In this document: piece by piece, positions 41,201 to 50,939 of the stretch
How the letters are laid out: each line of letters opens with the position of its first letter
Position numbering within the stretch: position 1 is the stretch's first letter
NCBI RefSeq assembly: GCF_009834535.1
Contig: NC_045697.1
Span: 120,468,001-120,532,000 of the forward strand
Reading direction: 5' to 3'
Length of the DNA stretch: 64,000 nucleotides
From: Camelus ferus
Lineage: Eukaryota
Program-made: the position numbers and the translations under genes
Notes under the pieces: generated by a model
Database searches by the model: none
What the model was told of the DNA's origin: nothing
The model's input: only the letters and a program-made list of their open reading frames with translations

Positions 41201-42613
41201 ACAAAACCCTAATCAATGCGTCGAATTCATAATGCATGTAGAGTTTTTGGATCACGGGAGGTCACAGTGTGGGAAATTATGTAAATTACATGCATCTTGG
41301 GTAGAACTCGCACCGAGAGTATTTTTCTCTGCATTCAGCCCCATTTTAGAAATTGGCTTTAGGAAAAGCTGCGAAATCACTGTAAAGAATTCTACGTGTA
41401 AAAATCCATTGTATGGTGGATGAAAGTTCTGAAATCCACATGCTCACAACTCTGTAATGAATGTTTGTCGAATCTGTGATGCATATAGCGTGTTCAGAAC
41501 ATGGAATGTCACGGTGAGAAAAAGTGTGCCGTGCATGTCAATGGGTAGAACTCGCTCCAAGTGTATTTTTCTGGGCATTCTGCCTCATTTTTGAAGCTGG
41601 CCTAAGACAAATGATGCAAAATAATTGTAAATGATTCTAGGTATAAATATGCCTATATGGTGAATAAAGATCATTAATCCACAAGCCCACAACTTAGTAA
41701 TCAATGTTTGTCGAACCGTATAACATGTAACGTGTTCGAAACATGGAATGTCACAGTGAGTGAAAGTGTACCGTTCATGTCTCTTTGGTAGAACTCGCCC
41801 CAAGTATATTTATCCGCGCATTCTGCCTCATTTTCAAAACTGGCTTTAGGAAACCTATGAAATCACCATAAATGTTTCTAGGTGTAAATATGCCTTGTTT
41901 GGTGGATGAAAGTTCTATAATCCACATGATCTCAACTCTATAATTAATGTTTGTCGAATCAATGATGCATGAAATGTGTTCGGAACACGGAATATTACTT
42001 TGAAGAAAACTATGTAAATTATTTCTCTTTTGTAGAACTTGCGCAAGTTAATTCTCCTGACATTCTGCCTCATTTTCGAAACTGGCCTTAGGAAAAAGCT
42101 GCAAAATCAGATTAAATATTTCTAGGTGTAATATGCCTTGTAAGGTGATTGAAAGATCATTAAACCACATGCTCACACTCAGTAATGAATGTTTTTTCGA
42201 ATTCGTAATGCATGTAGTGTGTTTGGAAATCAGAATTTCACAGTGAGGGAAACTATGTTAATTAAATATCTGTTTGGTAGAACTGGCTCCAAGAGCATTT
42301 TTCTCTGCATTTTGCCTCATTGTGAAAACTGGCCTTAGGAAAAAGTTGAGAAATCAGAGTAAATGTTTCTAGGTGTGTATATGCCTTCTATGGTGGATGA
42401 AAGACCGTTAATCCACATGCTCATAACTCAGTAATGAATGTTTGTCGAATCCGTGATTCATGTAACGTGTTCAGAACACGGAATGTTACGGTGAGGAAAA
42501 CTAAGTAAGCTACATGTCTACTTTTTAGGACTTGCATCAAGATGATTTTTCTGAACATTCTGCCTCATTTTCGAAACTGGCCTAAAAAAAAGCTGGGAAA
42601 TCAGAGTAAATGT
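14261..42613 (-). repeat. Same satellite in reverse orientation: nine HOR units (seven 13-mers, two 12-mers)
   Basis: Unit marker TTCTAAGTGTAAAT at ~14261, 17466, 20672, 23879, 27089, 30298, 33498, 36708 and 39669 (spacings ~3200-3210, then ~2961 and ~2945 to the end). It is the reverse complement of the forward-block HOR. Confidence 0.97.
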
Positions 42614-42713
42614 NNNNNNNNNNNNNNNNNNNNNNNNNNNNNNNNNNNNNNNNNNNNNNNNNNNNNNNNNNNNNNNNNNNNNNNNNNNNNNNNNNNNNNN
42701 NNNNNNNNNNNNN
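42614..42713. other. Assembly gap (100 N) between satellite and unique sequence
   Basis: Run of 100 N. Confidence 0.99.
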
Positions 42714-43848
42714 TGCTGATTAGTCATATGGTTATGACTCTCCTGTTTTCATCTGTGAGCTTCTAGAAGACAGAAAAGTATGTGTTTAATTCCAAGTCCA
42801 GCTGACTGCCACGGCACATTCACACACATCAGTGTACTGATTTGGATGCTCTGGAACCGGCATAGGTCTATTTTGAGCTCAGATACATCCTTCTTTTTGT
42901 ATGAGTGGGAAGATGCTTAGCCACAGACTACATGAAGCTGATCTTGTCTGACCTCAGGAAGACATCAGAGGGGACACCAGGGAGGCTCAGCCGTTCAGTT
43001 TTCTGAATCCACGTAGAGGTCCCCATTCTGAGCCTCAGGTCCCACTTCTTTCCAACCAATGTCCTAAATCTCACATAAGAGACTTGATGAGTCTGAGATT
43101 TCAGCTTATAATTCTGTCGACCACACGATTAGATTTGGGGTCTTCCCTGCAGTTAGTTGTAAGAAGTAAGTGATTATTTGCGAGCTACGCTCGAAGTACT
43201 CTAGTTCTCTGACTGTAACCTGAGCTGAGCGTTTCAAGGGCTGAGCTCGTTTGACGCCATCCCACCCCACGGTCCTTGTAGTCATCATTGCTGGTGTGAA
43301 GGTCGAACACAGTAGCTCCACGGGTCTTCAGAATCCTTGCTTTCAGTAATTATTTTATCCCAAGAAGCCACAGATGACATTTAGTTAATTGTGATGCCAG
43401 TCATGCCATTGATAACTATCCCATTTTTCATTAGCAGGAAGGTCAGCCCCTCATTTAAGATCATAGATAAGCAAACCAATCTCAGAATCCCACCTGGGAA
43501 CTTTGTTTCCTCCTGGTATCACATAGTGCATTATCATGAAAACTGAAACCATGCTGCATTCCTAGAAGGGAGAGTATTATGTGAAAGATAAGAACCTGCT
43601 GAAATTCCTCATACATAAATGATATTTCTCTTTGGCAGGATTTACCAAAAGGATTAAATGAAAATGCCCATCTCAGAACACGCTGAACAGTATTGAATAT
43701 TTTTTAACAAATCATTACTTAAATGATTGGTGAAAAATGGGGACTTGGTTTCTTTTCCTTCATAAATGAGATGATGTATTTTTCATCTGGTGATTGGTTA
43801 TCCTTTTTTCTTTTCCTTTTGCAGATTGTCTTTTTGAGGGGAAGGTCT

Positions 43849-44232
43849 GTTTCAGTAAGGACAGGCTAAGTTATGCTGCAGTAATAAATAATTCCCCTGA
43901 ATATCAGTGGCTTAATATCACAAAATAGAAGTTCTCACTCATGCTGTATGGCCATTGTGGATTGGCTGGATGTTTCCTTTAGTCATTCTCACTCAGGAAT
44001 CCTGGCAGAGGGAGACTTCTCCCTGTGCTTCCATGACAGCAGTGGCAGGGGCGACAGACTGAGTGAAGCACATAGTGATTCTTGAAGTTTTTGTCACTTC
44101 TGTTCACATCTCATTGACTAAAGCAAGTCACATGGCTGTCCCTAATATCAAGGAGTATTAGGAAGTTGAATCTGACTCCATGACCAGAAGGGAATGAACT
44201 GGAAATATTTGGTGAACAACACTAATGATGAC
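43849..44232 (-). mobile_element. MaLR LTR (MLT1I/J-like), degenerate
   Basis: CAGGCTAAGTTATGCTGCAGTAA...CAGTGGCTTAA, TTCACATCTCATTGACTAAAGCAAGTCACATGGC and GGAAATATTTGGTGAACAACACTAATGA resemble the reverse complement of MLT1 consensus segments. Confidence 0.7.
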
Positions 44233-44421
44233 TTAAGGATTTTAAGCCTTTTCTATATTTTATTAGAATGTCACATTCATTGCAAAAGTTTTAACTCAGG
44301 AAAAAAGTTTTAGGAATACTATGGATAGGGGGCAAGAATGATTATTATGGGAGATTTTACATATTCCTTGCAGCTTGATCAAGTAGATAAAACTAAGCAA
44401 CAGATTTTGAATGACACTGAA

Positions 44422-44455
44422 TGTGTGTGTATATGAGTGTGTGTGTGCATGCGTG
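44422..44455. repeat. Short imperfect (TG)n microsatellite
   Basis: TGTGTGTGTATATGAGTGTGTGTGTGCATGCGTG. Confidence 0.6.
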
Positions 44456-44614
44456 TAGTATAAACTTTGTACCCTTGAAAAGAGGATAACTCTTCTTTTG
44501 AAAAAGCATCACCACGATAAGTCTGGGAACCATCCGTCCCGTGGGTTTAAGAAATGTTTACTGTAAACTGCCCTAGTACATATTTGATATAAAATAAATG
44601 TAACTTTTTTTTAA

Positions 44615-44685
44615 CCTCCCATTAAAAAATTAGGAAACCTAACATCAGGGTGTTTTGTGACTTGCCCAAGATCACACAGCTGGTT
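44615..44685 (-). mobile_element. MIR SINE fragment
   Basis: GTGACTTGCCCAAGATCACACAGCTGGT matches the antisense MIR core. Confidence 0.55.
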
Positions 44686-44874
44686 TCCCTCCGAGGTCAC
44701 AGATGTTTCCTGAAGGAAGTCAGTCTCACGAGAGGTCTCGCCTTTAATAGCGGGGATCAGGAATGAGGTACGTTCACTCCTGCTTTAAGCTTCTCTCAAA
44801 GCTCTAGCCAACACAGGGCACACCAGGGATTCTGGGCTGATATATTAGACCATTAGGTCCACTTACGTTAAAAT

Positions 44875-44982
44875 GTTTTTTTTAATAATGATCAAATATA
44901 CAAAACGTAATATTTACCATTCTAACCACTTCTGAGTGTACAATTCACTGGCATTAAGCACCATCACAATGTTGTATAATCC
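44875..44982 (-). mobile_element. L1M (L1MB-like) 3' end fragment
   Basis: AATATTTACCATTCTAACCACTTCTGAGTGTACAATTCACTGGCATTAAGCACCATCACAATGTTGTA is typical of the antisense 3' terminus of L1MB elements. Confidence 0.6.
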
Positions 44983-45072
44983 TATTTATTTTTATCTCAT
45001 CCTGTCAAGTTTCTATTTTTATATATGCTTATAATCTATGTAATAAATCAATAAAGTAGTATATGCACTTTT

Positions 45073-45215
45073 TAAAAATGGTTTTTTAAAAAAATTCAGG
45101 GGTGGGGTAATTAGGTTTATTTCTTTCTTTATTTTTTTTGCTGGATGTACTGGGGATTGAACCCAGGACCTTGTGCATGCTAAGCACGTGCCATACACTG
45201 AGCTGTACCCTCCCT
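45073..45215 (-). mobile_element. tRNA-derived SINE, camelid Vic-1 type
   Basis: Minus strand reads GGGAGGGTACAGCTCAGTG...GCTTAGCATGCACAAGGTCCTGGGTTCAATCCCCAGTAC (A and B boxes), then an A-rich stretch and AAACCTAATTACCCC. Flanked by an approximate target-site duplication AGTA(T/G)ATGCACTTTT (~45058 and ~45218). Confidence 0.85.
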
Positions 45216-45959
45216 CGAGTAGATGCACTTTTGAATTGTTTTTAAAAATCTAGGCATGATGAGGGTGTGCTTACAAAGTTTTTTTGATGGGTGCATGACC
45301 CCAAGTTATGGAGACCGTGACTGGGGCAAGGCTCTCGGTGGTCCTCTACCAAACCCGCCCGCCGAGCTGTGCTTCACCACGGTGCTCTTTCCTCTCATTC
45401 CTCGTCCTCGGCTCGCTGGGAGCACTGAACACAGCCAAACAAACATGATCGTCAACCGACCAGCCCTAGAGGGGATTCACTTCCTACATCTGGAGGATTA
45501 AGAACCATCGCCTCACCAGAAAAGGCTGGACCGGAGCAAACACGTGGCAACTTCAGCTGCCATTCAACGGCACCAGCTCCTGCCTTCCACGCGAAGAATT
45601 TCATCCTTTCAGATGGAATAAGAAGAGAAAGGAAAGCAAGGAGAATCGGTGTGCTAATTACAACTCCTCTTAGGCGCTGTGCAGCTCCCTAAACGGCTCA
45701 CTCGCATGTTCCCATTCCATCCTCAAACTTGTATTTTAAAAACGAGTCCAGTGAAGTCAAGGAGGTGGAATAACCTGCTGCTCTCCACACAACTGCTGAG
45801 AGCTGAAGGAGGGACAGGAACAGTTGCACCATTTTCCTGCCTGGATCCCAGTTATCTCCCCTTTCCCTACCAGCTGTGTCGGGGCAGATGCTTGAGGAAG
45901 TCCTGGGGCCCAGACGGCTGGTCAGAGCCTGATCGGCTCCGTGGGGAGTAGGCAGTAGC

Positions 45960-46148
45960 CAGTGATTCTTAAACTTCACGCAGAATCAGAATCCTCCAGA
46001 GATGCTCATTAAAGGTACAAATGCTGTCGATTGTAACACTTCACATTTTGAATCCACAGAGCCAAGGTGCTACTTAGGAATCTGGGTTTTAAAACATACC
46101 CCAGGTGATTTTGTTAGGAGTCAGCTGCGAACTGGCTTTTAGATAAAG
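45960..46148. mobile_element. MER5-like hAT-Charlie DNA transposon remnant
   Basis: CAGTGATTCTTAAACTT...ATCAGAATC...GGAATCTGGGTTTTAAAACATACCCCAGGTGATTTTG resembles MER5. Confidence 0.55.
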
Positions 46149-48273
46149 AACCCAGGGAGGGGGTTCCATGCCTTTTTAAAGCAGATCAATGTTTCTGCAT
46201 ATTGGCTGCAACTAGATTCTTCAAATGATTGAAACTAGAAACTTGGCATTTGAAGAAACAAACTGTTTTCTGGATTTTAACATAGCACTTGATGAACTTC
46301 TTAGGTGAGGCTAATATAGGGAAAGTATATATCCACATAAATTAACCATCTCTAGACTGGTGAGGTAACAGAAATTCACATCTTTTGTATTCCTATTATA
46401 TATATTGTTTAGTAGTATAAATTAAGTTAGTAGCTCAGAATCAGTCCTCAAATAATTAGCCCATAATTAGTCTAAACAGAGTGTCACTGGACTCCCGCGC
46501 CCCAGTGGACTGAATCATTTAGTTATTGATTCTAGTGACTTTCTCTAGGCTTTAGTGGAAGTCTAAATGTAGGAATGAGGGCTGGGGTGGGAGTAGGGGT
46601 TCCTCTGAGGGAAACTGATGAAGGACTGGGCTTTGTCTCAGGGTAGAGAAGAACCCTCTTGGTGTTAAGGAGAGTGTTGGGACTTGGAGCCTGAGATGAG
46701 AGAACAGGGTCAAAGGGAATTCCAATTAGTGCAACAGACATCAGCCCTTGAAAACAAGGCAGTTGGCTGGGAGCAATGGCCTCACCTCTGGGAAAATTTA
46801 TGGCCAGCAGGATCTAGGAAAAGTATGTAATTTTCTGTGTCAAGTTATATTTCTCTTTCCTTCCCTGATAACGCCAATTACCAAGCTCTCAGTAATAAAT
46901 GCAATAGGCCGCTGTTTGCTTGGCTTTGTGGAAGTAAGAGAGGGACGCACTGCTGCCTCTGGTGCGTGTAGACCAAGGAGAACTTCAGTCTGATCTCCGG
47001 TCACCGTGCTCCACCTCCTCACTCATCACCCACCTGATGTTTCCAGGAACATCTCTGGGACTGCTAATGTAGGTATTCACTCCCTGGGGATCCCTTATGA
47101 GAAGTTCTCATTTTCTCCATTATTCCCAGGGGACAATTGCACTGTATGCACAGAAATAGATGCGAATAGTTTGGATCGGATAGCTTAGCTAGAAAAAATT
47201 CAGAACTAATAAAGTCAAGGACAGAAGATTGTTCTCTATGGTAAGCAACTGACTTAGAGCAATAATTTTCCGAAGGCAGTGATGAAAGCGACACCTGGGC
47301 CGATGACCCCTGTCATGACAGGGACCACGTGCAAGGGGGAGGGTGTGTCATCTGTCTGTCCCCAGACTCATTAGTCCAAGTAACACACTAATGCCTCTGG
47401 GTGCCTCTAACGGGCCTACGCGGGGGAAAAAGAACGAAGGGCAGGAAAAGGAGGAGGAGAAAGCGAGGAAGAGGACCACGTGTGTGTTCGCGGATTGCAA
47501 AAACTGTAATTTACAAGACATGCGGGATGGTGACCATCTCAACAGAGAGTCCTTTGGAATTCCTCAGCGCTGATTTCATTATGATGATCTGTTTTTACTT
47601 AGAACAGAGCAGAGAAACCACTCAGAGTTCATATCCAGATGAGGCTACGGGGATAGGGACATATTCACTTACAGGCCAGCATGGTCGTAGGTCCAGCTCC
47701 AGTGAAAAAGCTCTTTCTGACGGGTATGGGCTCTGAGCAGTAGTCACAGAAGGGAAGTTACACGTGTGAGCCAAAGATAAGGTTATCCGTGTGCGTGCCT
47801 GATCACATACAGGTTGTTGATGAAGGACAGCGACAGGATTAGAATCCAGCATTTAGATCATCAGTGTGCAGAGTCAGAAGCTCTGAGTCAACCCCCTGGC
47901 CTGCATGGGATGGCCTGAGCTGTTCCCGGAAGAGGACGAGGCCCTCGCTGCCCTTAAAATGCCTGGTTCATCTGTCTTCAGCAGTGCTTCCCTTAATAAG
48001 AACTCAGAGTGAGGACCAGACCCTGGGTGGTCTGGACTTTCATTTGGCTTTGTTCTGCAGCTCTTCCTCTTTCACAGAAGCATGTGCGCTCCTGACACAC
48101 ACACACCAGGTCAGTTAAACATATGACTTAAGGAGACATTACATCAAAGTTATCCTGGTCCTTTAACCCAAAGAAGAAACATCCTGTAAGAAATACCCAT
48201 GTTGTTAGGCTCACTTCTTGCCAGTTTAAGTGTAGTTTTGAAGCGCATGTTTATGAACAGCTTATTTGCTCTT

Positions 48274-48408
48274 TTTTGGGGGGTGGGGAGGTAATTAGGT
48301 TTACTTATTTATTATTATTATTATTTTTTTAATGGAGGTACTGGGGATCGAACCCATGACCTCGTGCATGCTAAGCATATGTTCTACCACTGAGTGATAC
48401 CTCCCCCC
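48274..48408 (-). mobile_element. tRNA-derived SINE, camelid Vic-1 type
   Basis: GGGGAGGTAATTAGGTTTA...AATGGAGGTACTGGGGATCGAACCCATGACCTCGTGCATGCTAAGCA...CTACCACTGAG; same family as the 45.1-kb copy. Approximate target-site duplication TTA(TT/CC)TGCTCTT (~48262 and ~48414). Confidence 0.85.
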
Positions 48409-49609
48409 ACCCATTACCTGCTCTTAATTGTGGGAAAACAAAGCATTTAAACAACTCCCTTGACTCCCACCTTAAAAGGACTGCCGGGAGAAGAGGACAG
48501 AGGTGGAGGACAGTCTTGAATCTGGAAGGAAGCCATGTCAGAAATGGACTCTGGAATGTCTCCTAACACTGTGCACTCAGTAGAGGTTCAAAACAAAGAC
48601 GATAGAATGATCTGATACGACACTGCTGTTACTCTTTCCCTGGCTTGCACGTGCTGGCCTCAGATGAGCAGATGAGATGTGCTGAGCAGAACTTCCAAGC
48701 ATCTCAAGACTGCTCTCAGACTAAGCCAGATGAACAGGGACAGGCAGATAAGACAGTATATGGAAGAGCTGTAGCTCTCACCTCTTTGGCTGACTGATGG
48801 TAAAGTTAATGTATGTAGAAGTTAGACACCAACTACCACTCCTAATTTGCTACTTCATTTAAATAGAATAAATCACAATAGCAAACAATAGAAAAATGAT
48901 ACACCATCCTCCACAGAGTAGTGCTAAACAATTTGCTGGAATTGGTAATCTCTCTTAGATTTAAAAAAAAATTATAACCAATAAATGAAGACCCTGAACT
49001 GGGCGCTGAAGTATGCGTTCTGTATCACAACTCAGACTGCCAGTTGTGTGACAATACACTGTGATGATATCTGCAGCTCTGGTTGACTGCATATAATCAG
49101 TCACCTTAGTTTTAGGGAGCAGTACTTCAAATAGAATTGTTCCCTAAATTATTAACTTAAATTAAAACCTGACCCCTATTTTCAAATCAATTTCTATTTC
49201 TTGAGCAGGTGCTGGAGCCGTTTTCAAAGGGACTGTACTTACCTCATTCTCAGGGAGCACTGGCTGATTGCATTATTATGTGACTATTTTGTTAATACAA
49301 GGGGACTCCAGGGACCCACTGGATGACTTTTACAGAATTTTATGTGCATTACCAAACCAAGGTAAATTTTCCTATATTACAACAGGAAATAGACATCTTA
49401 TTTTTATCTTATTCTGTTCAGGGTGATGCTTTGCATATTTCAGGTGCAGAGTTACAATAAACGCCCACGCATCCTAAGAATGACATGGGGAAATTGCATG
49501 TTATTCATTTGATTTCAGTGGGCTTTCTATAGCATTTTCTCAGGTTCCTGTCTAGGAAAAGATCAACACCATGTGTCAAAGTGAACTTGTATTGTCGAGT
49601 CAGTTAGAA

Positions 49610-49746
49610 TTTACAGTTACTTAAGCTGTCTGATCATCAGTTGCCTTATCTGTAAAATGGAAAGAAAAATACCTAATCTGTCAGCAAATATTGTGTGAGG
49701 GTCAAATTAATATAAATGTGCCTAGACAAATACCTGGCAAATAAGG
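49610..49746 (+). mobile_element. MIR SINE fragment
   Basis: TCAGTTGCCTTATCTGTAAAATGG...TGTGAGGGTCAAATTA...ATACCTGGCAAATAAG follows the MIR core and tail. Confidence 0.65.
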
Positions 49747-50130
49747 AATTTATACTTATAGACCATTCCCCACCTTGATTGTGTATTATTTACATTACAG
49801 TTGAAAGAACAGAGCCAAGTCATGAATTGGCCCATTATACTTTTTGCCCTAAAGTAAGATGTTACTATCCTTTTATGTATGTGTATGTATACTGCCTCAT
49901 TTCACAGAGGATTGAGATAATTTATAAAAATATAAAAAAGACAATAAAATTGAAAATAAAATTCAGCTGGCAAATATATTGATAGACTAAAAGTATAAAA
50001 TTGGAGAGAAAGATAATATACAAATTATGAAAAATACACCCTAAGTTCCTATATTTTTTTTTCCCACTAAATAAGGCTGAAAATTTGGCTCTGAGCTCCC
50101 AAGGGACCAAAGCAAAAAGAAAAACAAAAC

Positions 50131-50771
50131 TGAGACAGGATGGAAGTGGGCAGGGCATAGCCATTCAAGGAATGACAGCAATTAACATCAAAATGTTACT
50201 CCCATTTGGCCTTGAGGATTAAGATGGCAGGAGGTTTGACTTCTAGTAGACCTTGAGCTTCATTGTATGCTCACTGCAACATATTAGCATGGTAAATAAC
50301 ATGCCCACAGGTGCCATGACAGTCCCAAGGCTAACCGCAAAAGGCCAAAGAATGAATGGGCAGTGGCCCAATTCCTGGGACTTCCTGCCCCTTTCCCAGA
50401 GCAGTTGGAATGGTCCCACCTGTAGGTGTGTGAAGCTACCGAGCCCATAAAAAGTGGCAACATCACACCTCACAGCCCTTTTCTCACTCCCTCATCTTCA
50501 GAGACGGCCCGCACTCTGTCTATGGAGTGTGTACCTTTACTTTAACCTGAGCACCCAATTCCCACACCTCTTTCATTGCCTTTCTCTTGCCTTACACCCT
50601 ACGCAGTATGTATCTCTCTAAATAAATCTACCTTCACTCAACCGTGGCTCGCACTTAAATTCTTTCCTGTGCAAAACCAAGGACCCACACTTGGCGGGGC
50701 ACGTCCCAGGGGCTCAGCTGAGACCTGGGACACAGCCCTCCTCACGCCCCACGTCTGTTTTTCCTGCATCA
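50131..50771 (+). mobile_element. ERV1-class solo LTR (MER41-like)
   Basis: Begins TG and ends CA, flanked by a 4-bp duplication AAAC (50127-50130, 50772-50775). Has a TATA-like CATAAAA (~50446), AATAAA (~50621), and MER41-like motifs ACTCTGTCTATGGAGT and AATTCTTTCCTGTGCAAAACCAAGGACCC. Confidence 0.8.
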
Positions 50772-50939
50772 AAACCAGTTTCAAATTTTGATTATCCACT
50801 TTAAAATATCATAGCAATCGCATGCCAGAAATGAAAATTTTCATCATACTTAGTTTCTAAAAGGGGTTGTATGGCGTATTTTTCAAAGGACATAGTAATG
50901 TAGTGGGTAATGGATGCAATCACATATTCAAAAATACAG

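Noticed and set aside
692..42600. Repeated 60-123 aa ORFs (MWIIELSSTKQG..., MNLHSFAHRN..., MHVEFSDHG...)
   Set aside because: They are chance open frames of satellite monomers recurring with the HOR on both strands. They are freely broken by indels and resemble no protein I recognise.
1..42613. CRISPR-like or cassette array (conserved motifs separated by variable stretches)
   Set aside because: The whole 247-bp monomer is homologous between units, there are no unique spacers or cas genes, and the context is mammalian.
45140..45215. tRNA gene (A/B box-like sequence; also ~48335-48405)
   Set aside because: It is the head of a SINE with an A-rich tail and target-site duplication.
45256..48118. 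Cluster of short ORFs in moderately GC-rich unique DNA
   Set aside because: The frames overlap on both strands with no recognisable domain or splice structure, and the region is not CpG-dense enough to call an island.
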